Below, piece after piece: positions 18,010 to 26,103 of a DNA stretch of 64,000 nucleotides. Within the stretch, counting starts at the first letter, position 1. The number at the start of each line of letters is the position of its first letter. This DNA comes from an uncultured Actinomycetes bacterium (GTDB lineage: Bacteria; Actinomycetota; UBA4738; HRBIN12): NCBI GenBank assembly GCA_963790335.1, contig CAWBOB010000005.1, positions 11,570-75,569 of the forward strand, given 5' to 3'. The position numbers and the translations under genes are program-made. The notes under the pieces are model-generated. The model was not told where the DNA came from. It worked only from the letters and a program-made list of their open reading frames with translations, and did no database searches.

Positions 18010-18258
18010 CTAGGTTCGGACGACGGTAACCGTTCCTGCCGAAGGCATGATGAGGGACTCGTGCCCGTCCGTCCACCTGACCCGGTAGCTAACCGTCACC
18101 GAGCCGTGGATCACGCTCAAGACCTCTCCCTCCCGAGGCGGCGAGCCGACCTGGGGAGAATCGACCACAATCACGTCCCCTCGACGCGCCGCGGTGGCCT
18201 TCTTGGCGGTGGCCTTCTTGGCGGTGGCCTTCTTGGCGGTGGCCTTCTTGGCGGCCAT
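18010..18258 (-). CDS. DUF1918-domain protein with N-terminal (KKATA)n Lys/Ala tail
   Basis: ATG comp. 18256-18258 lies 6 nt after GGAGG. Product MAAKKATAKKATAKKATAKKATAARRGDVIVVDSPQVGSPPREGEVLSVIHGSVTVSYRVRWTDGHESLIMPSAGTVTVV. R-W-x-DGHE-x-L-x-x-P is the DUF1918 signature. Confidence 0.75.
   Translation of the reverse strand: MAAKKATAKKATAKKATAKKATAARRGDVIVVDSPQVGSPPREGEVLSVIHGSVTVSYRVRWTDGHESLIMPSAGTVTVVRT
18191..18255 (-). repeat. 15-bp tandem repeat, 4.3 copies, coding (KKATA)
   Basis: gcggtggccttcttg x4, then gcggcc, read directly from the plus strand. Confidence 0.9.
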
Positions 18259-18379
18259 GGTCAGCCTCCAGACTTCGTGGACCTCCACCGTAGCGTCCGC
18301 CAGTGCCTTGGGTCCATCGGACAAGACACGCTTCTTCTGGTCCGGGGGTACCTGCCCCGTTCCGAACATGGTGGGCGAT

Positions 18380-21300
18380 CTACCAATCTGGAGAGGCGTC
18401 GTTCCCCGCGGCCGAAGAGAGCCTGACGACCCCCGTGCCGTCGGCCTGCATCTTCACGATGTCGTAGTTCGGGCTCTGGAATCGAGTGGACGAGACCACG
18501 ATCTGCGAGCCATCGGGTGACCAGGAAGGCCCGCTCTCCTTGATCGCCCCCGAGAACGTCACGGCCGTGAGGTCGACCTGGTTCTGGCCGTTCGCGTGCA
18601 TGGCCCAGAGGTGGTAGTCGCTGCCCGGAAGGATCGCTGTCCACGCGATCCGGGACCCATCGGGGGACGACCGAGGCGTCAGGTCGCCGCCTGCCCGCGT
18701 CGTCAGGCGGGTCGGCAAGCTGCCGTCGGCGTTCATGACCCAAGATCTCCTGGCTGCCGATCATGTCCGACGAGAACACGATCTTCGACCCATCGGGTGA
18801 GTAGGACGGACCGGTGTCCGCAGCGGCGTTGTTCGTCAGCCTGGTGCCCGAGCCACACGGCTGCGGAGCCATCGAATAGATCTCGTAGTCGGGACGGCCC
18901 AGCGCGCAACGAAAGGAAGGCGATCCGTGTGCCATCGGGAGACCAGTCCGGATCGGAATCGGCGACCGCATTGCAGGTGAGCTGCGTGAGTCCGCTGCCG
19001 TCGATGTTGACCATCCAGATCTCGAGCGCGGTGTCCACGCCCGACGCGAAGACCACGCGCGTCCCATCAGGCGAGAGCGCTGGCAGGAGGTCGGGGCCCG
19101 CGCGGCCGACGATGCGAACGACACCTGATCCATCGGAGTTCATCACGTAGATATCCTGGCCGTCGCTGCCGGGTCGGTTCGAGCTGAACACGATCGGGGT
19201 CACCGACGACGAGGGCGTCACCGGGGTCGATGTGGATCCGGGCGGACCGTCGCCGATCGCGTTGCGGGCGACCACGGTGAAGGTGTAGCCGACGCCGTTG
19301 GTCAGCCCACCCACGAGCGCGCTGCGAGCATTTCCCGGCACCGTCGTGGACTGACCACCGGACGAGGTCACGATGTACGCGGTGATCGGGCTTCCGCCGG
19401 TAGGCGGCGCGGCCCAGCCCACCGTCGCGCTGGCGTTGCCCGGGGTGGCTGCGACGCCCGTCGGGGTGCCGGGAACGCCTCGCGGCGTGACGGCGATCGA
19501 GTAGGCCGAGGGAGGCCCATTGCCGACGGCGTTCGTCGCGAAGACGCGGAACCGGTACGCGACCCCATTGGTGAGACCGCTGATCAAAACGCTGGTCTCG
19601 GACCCGCCGACGGTGATCGAGAAGCCACCGACGTTCGACGTGACGGTGTAGCCGGTGATCGGACTGCCACCCGTCGATGCCGGCGGCGTCCACGTGATCG
19701 AGGCGCTGCCGTTCCCCGCGACGGCGGTCACTCCGGTCGGTGCACCGGGCACCCCGATCGGTGTGACGTCGACCGGACTGGAAGCGGGGCCGGTGCCCAC
19801 GACGTTCCTCGCGGCGACTGTGATCGCGTAGGTGACGCCGTTCGTCAGGCCCGTGATGTTCGTGCTGGTCGTGCCGCCCGCGACCGTCTTCGTCACGGTC
19901 CCCGACGAAGAGGTGGCCGTCACGATGTAGCCGTTGATCGCGCCACCGCCGTTCGACGCGGGTGGTGTCCACGACACGGTCACGCGTGCCGGGCCGGGTG
20001 TGGCTGTCACGTTCCTCGGCGGTCCAGGCACCGCCCTCGGCGTCACCGCATTCGACAGCACGGAGGCCGGCCCGTCGCCCGCAGCGTTGGTGGCATAGAC
20101 GCGGAAGCGATACGGGGTGCCGTTCGTAAGACCCGTGATCGTCGCGCTGAGCTGGGTGCCGACGACGGTCTGACTGAAGCCGCCGACGTTCGACGTCACG
20201 GTGTAGCTGTCGATCGGGTCGCCGCCATCGGAGATGGGAGCCAGCCACGTCACGGTCGCGCTCTGGTCGCCCGCCGTCGCGACGGGGGTGCGCGGCTCCG
20301 TTGGAGGATCGATGGCGTGCGGAGTCACCGAGTTCGACGGGGCTGACGCCTGGCTATCGCCGACGGCATTCGTCGCAACGACGGTGAACGTGTACGGGGT
20401 ACCGTTGGTCAAGCTGGGCACGACCGCCTGCGTCACCCCCGGACCGACACTGACACTGATGCCATCGGGTTCCGAGGTGATCGTGTAGCCCGTGATGGGG
20501 CTGCCGCCGTCGGAGCTGGGAGGCGTCCAGGTGACCGTGGCCTCGCTGTCGCCGGCGGTCGCCTGCACGTTCGTCGGAGCATCTGGCTCGTCGGAGGCTG
20601 CCACCCAGATCACGTCGACCGGAGCGTGCCGGTCGGTCGTCGTGCCGTCCCCCAACTGTCCATACGAGTTGGCTCCCCAGCACTTGACCGACCACGCGGT
20701 CACGATCACGCATGTGTGATTCCCGCCCGCCTCGATGCTCTGGAGTTGACCGGGCAAACCGAGCACCGGGACCGGCTCGCTCCGCATCGCGATGGTTCCG
20801 TCACCGAGCTGGCCCGACCCGTTGCTTCCCCAACATCTGGCACCACCACCTGTGAGCGCACAGGTGTGGCCGGATCCCCCCCCTCGGTTCATCCCGCCGG
20901 TGATGTCGTCGGCGTCAGTGAGGCCGGACACGGGAACCGCGCCGGCTTGGTTTACGACTTGGCCGTTGCCGAGCTCTCCGAACTCGCCGTGTCCCCAACA
21001 TGAGACCCCACCACCAATAGCGAGAGCGCACGACTGGTACGTGCCCGAAGCGATCGCGCGTGTGTCACTCGCAAGGCCGACCACATCGACGGGTGTCGCG
21101 ATGCTGAACTCCATCGATCCGCCGTCGCCAGCCTGGCCGCGCTGATCGGAGCCCCAGCACTTCACCTCACTCCCAACGCGGGCGCATGAGTGGTAGCCCC
21201 CGATCGCGATCTCGTTGACGCCTCCCGACATGCCGACGACCTGCGCCGGAGGAGCGGACGAGGACGTCGACCCGTTGCCCGTCTGGCCTGAGAGGTTGTA

Positions 21301-22773
21301 TCCCCAGCACCACACCGAACCGGTGCCGGTAAGAACACATGTGTGAGCGCCACCCGTATCGATGGTGACGACATCGCTCGGGATCCCTGGAACGAGCGTT
21401 GGCCCTTGGAACGGGGATCCTCCGCCGGAGCCGAGCTGGGCATTCTGGTTCGTTCCCCAGCACCATGCCGCGCCACTGCCCGTCACGGCACACGAGTGCT
21501 CCCCTCCGGCCGAGATGCTGACGATGTCGCCGGGGATGCCGGACACCTGGGTGGGCACCTGTCTGTGCGCCGTCGTCCCGTCACCGAGTTGACCGTTGCT
21601 GTTGTTGCCCCAGCACCAGACCCCGCCGTCGCTGGTCAGCGCACACGTGTGCTCGCTTCCCGTCGCTAGTTGCACGATGGCTCGTCCGGTGGTCGAGGTC
21701 GCGAGGACGTCGAGCGTCGGGTCGTTCGGGCCGATGTCGTAGTTGTCCGTCGTGGAGCCCATCGAACTCCACGCCCACGCGAGGAACCCGACCACCCCGG
21801 CGTCGAACTGCGCATCGATCTTCGCGGCGAAGGCGTCGGCTCGAGCCTGCAGCGTTCCGCCGACCTCGTCAGGATCGATGCCCGCCTCACCGACGAACAA
21901 TGGCTTGTCGATCGCAGCGCACTGGTCGAGCCGCACCTGCAGTCCGTTGAACTGGTCTCCGGGGATACCGACGCTCGGTGACCCGTAGTCGTGGTACTCG
22001 CAGAGATCGATCTCGGGGATGTCGTGCACGGACTGGTACTGCGCGCCCTGCGCCCCGCACTGTCCGTTTCCGATCGTGCCGAGACTGACGAGATGGTTGG
22101 CGTCGATCGACTTCACGAGGCCACCCACGTCTTGCGCCCAGTTGCGCAGGATGTCGGCGGGTTCGTTCCCCGGCGGGCATGCCTGCTGGACACCGCCGAT
22201 GACCTCGTTGACCTCCGCCTCGTTGATCAGCTGCCAGAACGCGACGTTCGGGTCGTCCTTGTATCGGGTAACGACCTCAGATACCCAGTCCCGGTACGGG
22301 ACGGTCGCGTCGGGCAGGACCTCGGTCTCGTATCCACCCTCGTACCACGCTCGATCCTTGAAGGGGTTGGCACCGGTGGAGCCGCACTCCCCCCACTGAT
22401 CCGTGAGCGTGACGATCACCCGGATCCCGTGTTGCCCCGCGATCTGCAAGGTCCGATCGAATCGCGTCCAATCGCGCACACCAGCGGGCGTGGTGGCAAG
22501 GGGCTGGAAGAACCATGCCCTGATGACGTTCACGCCTGGGCCCATGTCGATGAGCGCTTGCGCGAACTCGGTATCGCTGTACTCGAACCAACACCAGCCA
22601 TCGCTGTTGGCGTTGTAAACATTCAGGCCGGTGAAGCGGAAGGGTTCGCCATCGAGGGTGAGCTGCGTCCCCTGCGCTTCGATGAACCCAGGAGCAGCCC
22701 GGACGGCGGTCGTGGGGACGACGAGGGATGCTGCGACGAGCGCAACGAGCGTCATCATGCGCCAGGCCCGCAC
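18380..22773 (-). CDS. Giant secreted mosaic protein: GH5-type glycoside hydrolase + RCC1 propeller + ~6 fibronectin-III + PD40 propeller; two +1 frame breaks near the 3' end (~18905, ~18741)
   Basis: Signal peptide MRAWRMMTLVALVAASLVVPTTAVRAAPG. GH5/clan GH-A motifs: FWQLINEAE (acid/base NE) and PLFVGEAG (nucleophile). RCC1 blades (HTCALT-x-x-GG-x-WCWG-x-N-x-x-GQLGDGT). FN3 repeats (P-x-x-V-x-A-x-x-G-x-x-x-A-x-V-x-W-x-PP...GG-x-PI-x-GY-x-VT). PD40 blades continue across ORF-track pieces 18733..22773, 18261..19133 and 18380..18736. One junction reads ...SQEI(L/W) | VMNADGS. Span 4394 = 3n+2. Confidence 0.8.
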
Positions 22774-22966
22774 CGTCTCTCCCTCCCACCAGGCGCGATG
22801 CGGGGGGCCACGCGCGTCGCGCTGAGGCTAACCCGAAGTTGTCGAACCGGTCAACGTGATCCCGGGTGCGCCGGTCACTCTCGAGTGGCGCAGGCGGTGA
22901 GATGCTCACCCTGATCCGATGCTCCCCCGCGACTGCAGCCTCAACTCCGGAAACCCATGCGACCGC

Positions 22967-24352
22967 TCAGCAACGGAAGACTCGCCTGGCGATGGCAGCG
23001 CTGTGGTCCGCGTCACGGCCGAACTTGACGATGACTCGGCACCAGCGGGCTGAAGGTCTGACGAATGAGGCCCGATAGCGGCTCCTTGAGTTCAGCGTCG
23101 GGGACCGCCCGGCCACCGTCACATATCGCCCTCGACGTAGCCGAGAGAGGGTCACTGCCACGGTCCTTCCCGGGTGGCGTGGAAGAAGTGCACCGGCGAT
23201 GCGAACCTTGTGAACGCGCAGGTGTACCGTCACCTTCAGGCTGGATGGCGTGCAGCCATCGGGGCCGCTCCCAGCGGAGAGTGGACAGGCATCCTCAGCA
23301 TCAGCAGCACCATCGTTGTCGTCATCCGAGTCGCATGCGTCCCCTTGTCCATCCAGGTCGTTATCCGCTTGACTGGGGTTGGCCATGGTGGGGCAGTTGT
23401 CTCCATCGTCAGGAACTTGATCCGAGTCGGTATCGATGACGGGGCCCCAGTCTGGATAGGCACCTGCAGGCAGGCCGGGGATGACAGCCTGGTCGGTGCC
23501 GTCGCCGTCCATGATCCACACCGCACCCTCGCGAACATACGTGATCCTCGAACCGCCCGGTGACCAGGAAGGATCACTCTCGATTGCTCCTGCGCCTGTT
23601 AACGGTGTCTCCATAGAGCCATCGGCGTTCATCACCCAGATGTCTCCTGCACGTTCGAACGCGATCTTCAAGCCATCCGGTGACCACAAGGGGTGTGTGT
23701 TGTCCACCGCCGTATCCGTTAGACGTCCGCCTCCGGGGCCGTTGCTGTGGCCACTGAACTGGAATGACTTGGAGACGGCGAGCTTCGACCCGTCCGGGGA
23801 GTAGGCCGGATAATATTCGTCGTCGTTGTTCGTGCTGGTCAGATTGACTCTTCCCGTGCCGTCCAAGCTGATTCGGCATATGTCCCCGCCTCCGTACCCC
23901 AATGCCTGGCCGGAACATCGGTAGACGATCTGCGCGCCATCGGGCGTCCAACCCGGTTGTTCGGCATGTTCCTGGTACAGGTCAGCGAGTCGCACGACAT
24001 CCGAGCCATCTGCATGCACGACGAACACGTCCCAGTCGCCACCGTCCAGTCTCGAATACGCGACCCGCGAGCCGGTCGGCGACCAAGATGGATCTCGGTG
24101 CGTAAATCCTGCACCCGCGGGAACGATCGTGGTAAGCCCAGTTCCTCCGTCATCCACTGTCTGGATCCCGCCGTTGACCAGGGCAATCATGCCATTCGCG
24201 CCCGGATAGGTCGCGTTGGCCGGAGCACCAACGAGCGCGCCCACGAGAGCGAGCGAAACTACGGCAGCAACCTTGCGACGTCCGTTGACACTGTCCACCC
24301 TGACGTCATCGACCCGCACGGGAGAGTTCCTTAGAAGCGGAACCGCTGACAT
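22967..24352 (-). CDS. Secreted PD40/TolB-like beta-propeller protein with thrombospondin type-3 (Ca-binding) repeats
   Basis: Signal-like ...RRKVAAVVSLALVGALVGAPANA. Blades with DPSWSP-x-GS and [12 protein letters not shown]. Aspartate-rich DTDSDQVPDDGDNCPTMANPSQADNDLDGQGDACDSDDDNDGAADAEDACP. The start is uncertain (ATG 24352, or an internal GTG). Confidence 0.8.
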   Translation of the reverse strand: MSAVPLLRNSPVRVDDVRVDSVNGRRKVAAVVSLALVGALVGAPANATYPGANGMIALVNGGIQTVDDGGTGLTTIVPAGAGFTHRDPSWSPTGSRVAYSRLDGGDWDVFVVHADGSDVVRLADLYQEHAEQPGWTPDGAQIVYRCSGQALGYGGGDICRISLDGTGRVNLTSTNNDDEYYPAYSPDGSKLAVSKSFQFSGHSNGPGGGRLTDTAVDNTHPLWSPDGLKIAFERAGDIWVMNADGSMETPLTGAGAIESDPSWSPGGSRITYVREGAVWIMDGDGTDQAVIPGLPAGAYPDWGPVIDTDSDQVPDDGDNCPTMANPSQADNDLDGQGDACDSDDDNDGAADAEDACPLSAGSGPDGCTPSSLKVTVHLRVHKVRIAGALLPRHPGRTVAVTLSRLRRGRYVTVAGRSPTLNSRSRYRASFVRPSARWCRVIVKFGRDADHSAAIARRVFRC

Positions 24353-24466
24353 CCGACCCAAGCCCGGGCGACCAACTGTCACTCCCGGTCGTCTCATGAC
24401 AACCGGACCTGGCGAGAATCGCCTTGGCCTGTCCCCCAATCGTTGTCGCGACACCGCACGGATACG

Positions 24467-25174
24467 ATGCAGGTCATGAGCCACCTTGAGGATCTACGGA
24501 AGCGCGTGCGTGACTGGTGGCCGCTCGCAAGAGTAGCCCGCGAAGACTTCCTTCCATTCGAGTGTCCCGAGATCTCGACGCACATCACCGAGCTCGACGC
24601 GAGGAGCTTCATCAAGGGGCTCGACGCCAAGCCCCCAGTCTTCAGGATCGACGATGGCTACAAGCTGTATTCGCCCCTGTTGCCGCGACTCGCCAATGGT
24701 CAGGAGAAGCAGTTCAACCTGATGGAACGGCAGGGTCAGCGCCGCGTCACCATCCGGGACGAGACGATCGTGCACTACGGCGTCGCCACCGAACTGATCT
24801 GGGAATGGGGGTGGCCGACCAGGCAGGTGGAGAGCGAACCCCGGCTTGGGAGCGTAACCGATGGGTCACTGGATCTAGTGTTATTTCGACAGAACGAGGA
24901 CGGACGGGAAGCGTTCATCGCTGTCGAGGCGAAGGGCGACGCGACGAAGCTCGCGCGACTCGTGGCTGGTATGAACTCTTGTCAAGGAACGCCATCACCT
25001 GGACACCCGCCGACAGACCACAAGAAATGCGAGGGCCTCCAGCTCATCACACCCGAATGGTTCTGGGGGGTCGCCGCGGGTCCAACCCGCCAGCTCTATC
25101 GAGTCACCTACACCGACGAAGGCGTGCGCCTCGAGCCGCTCGCGAGGGACGAAGTCTTGGAGCACTCTCCGTGA
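24467..25174 (+). CDS. Hypothetical protein with a PD-(D/E)xK nuclease-like motif set
   Basis: ORF-track 24443..25174; ATG 24467 or 24476 are the likelier starts. An ordered motif trio runs ...VATELIWEWGW (E) ... GSLDLVLF (D) ... AFIAVEAKGD (E-x-K), as in restriction-endonuclease-fold proteins. No family recognised by name. Confidence 0.55.
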   Translation: MQVMSHLEDLRKRVRDWWPLARVAREDFLPFECPEISTHITELDARSFIKGLDAKPPVFRIDDGYKLYSPLLPRLANGQEKQFNLMERQGQRRVTIRDETIVHYGVATELIWEWGWPTRQVESEPRLGSVTDGSLDLVLFRQNEDGREAFIAVEAKGDATKLARLVAGMNSCQGTPSPGHPPTDHKKCEGLQLITPEWFWGVAAGPTRQLYRVTYTDEGVRLEPLARDEVLEHSP

Positions 25175-25194
25175 GCGACTGGCTCCGACTCCCG

Positions 25195-25377
25195 CTAGTC
25201 CGACTCGTCGGCGGCGTCGCGCGCCGCATCCGTCGCCCTGGACTTGGCGAGCACGGCTCGCCACTCGTCCACCTGGTCGGAGGGCACCATCGCCACGAGA
25301 TCGCCGAACGTGAGGTACGCGGTCCTGCCGTTGGTCTGACGTTCGCGGAGCAGCTCGATCAGTTGATCCTCGGTCAT
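25195..25377 (-). CDS. 60-aa acidic hypothetical protein
   Basis: ATG comp. 25375-25377 follows AGAGGAGGA. Product MTEDQLIELLRERQTNGRTAYLTFGDLVAMVPSDQVDEWRAVLAKSRATDAARDAADESD. Convergent with 24467..25174 and divergent from the RHH/MazF operon. Confidence 0.6.
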   Translation of the reverse strand: MTEDQLIELLRERQTNGRTAYLTFGDLVAMVPSDQVDEWRAVLAKSRATDAARDAADESD

Positions 25378-25436
25378 CGGAGTCCTCCTCTTGCGACGCG
25401 AACGGACGCGTCGGCACCTCCATCCTTCTGCCTGAT

Positions 25437-25450
25437 GTGACGAACGTCAC
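25437..25450. promoter_or_regulatory. Inverted repeat GTGACG-AA-CGTCAC in the divergent promoter region
   Basis: 6-bp arms, read directly. Lies between the 25377 start (-) and the 25486 start (+). Confidence 0.3.
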
Positions 25451-25463
25451 GGTTGTAGGCGCG

Positions 25464-25485
25464 GCCATATGCTATCTCATATGGC
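25464..25485. promoter_or_regulatory. Perfect 8-bp inverted repeat GCCATATG-CTATCT-CATATGGC abutting the antitoxin start; candidate RHH operator
   Basis: Read directly. It ends one base before ATG 25486. RHH antitoxins typically autoregulate through palindromes that overlap their own promoter. Confidence 0.45.
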
Positions 25486-25743
25486 ATGATGAGGGACATG
25501 GCTCGCAGGCAGGTGCTGGTACAGCTCGACGACGCGCAGGTCGCTGCCCTCGACCGTCTCGCGATCGCATCCGACGACAGCCGCAGCGAGCTGATCCGCC
25601 GAGCGATCGACCGCTACGTCGAGGCCGTCGGGGAAGCGGTAGCCGACATCCGATACGCCGAGGCATACGAGCGCGTTCCTGAAGACCTCGAGGAGTTCGC
25701 CGGCCTGCGGACGGTCTCCGCCGAGGCCTGGCCCGATCGCTGA
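25486..25743 (+). CDS. Ribbon-helix-helix (CopG-like) antitoxin
   Basis: ...MARRQVLVQLDDAQVAALDRLAIASDDSRSELIRRAIDRY..., an RHH beta-strand plus two helices. Its stop is 3 nt before the toxin ATG. The start may be 25498. Confidence 0.8.
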   Translation: MMRDMARRQVLVQLDDAQVAALDRLAIASDDSRSELIRRAIDRYVEAVGEAVADIRYAEAYERVPEDLEEFAGLRTVSAEAWPDR

Positions 25744-25746
25744 GCC

Positions 25747-26067
25747 ATGCGACGTGGCGACATCTTCATCGCCCGCCTGCCCGAGCCGGTCGGGTCGCGG
25801 CCGGTGCTCATCGTCACCCGCACCCCCGCGATAGCCGTTCGAAACGCCGTCACCGTCGCTCCCGTGACCAGAACGGTCCGCGACATCGCGTCGGAGGTGC
25901 CGCTCGACCGCGCTCACGGCCTCAAGGCTCGCTCGGTGGCCAACTGCGACTCGCTGCAGACCATCCCGAAGCACGCGATCCGCCGTCGTCCGATCGGCCA
26001 CCTCACGACGGACGAGCTTCCCGTGCTCGACCGGGCGCTCCGGTTCGCCTTGGGCATCCGCATCTGA
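25747..26067 (+). CDS. mazF: MazF/PemK-family type II toxin (mRNA interferase)
   Basis: MRRGDIFIARLPEPVGSRPVLIVTRTPAIAVRNAVTVAPVTRTVRDIASEVPLD...ANCDSLQTI: the RGD(I/V) ... RP-x-(L/V)(I/V)(V/L) ... V-x-P-x-T SH3-like PemK pattern. Confidence 0.85.
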   Translation: MRRGDIFIARLPEPVGSRPVLIVTRTPAIAVRNAVTVAPVTRTVRDIASEVPLDRAHGLKARSVANCDSLQTIPKHAIRRRPIGHLTTDELPVLDRALRFALGIRI

Positions 26068-26103
26068 GCTCGGGAAGTCGGTCGGGCTCGGTACCGTGCG
26101 TGC

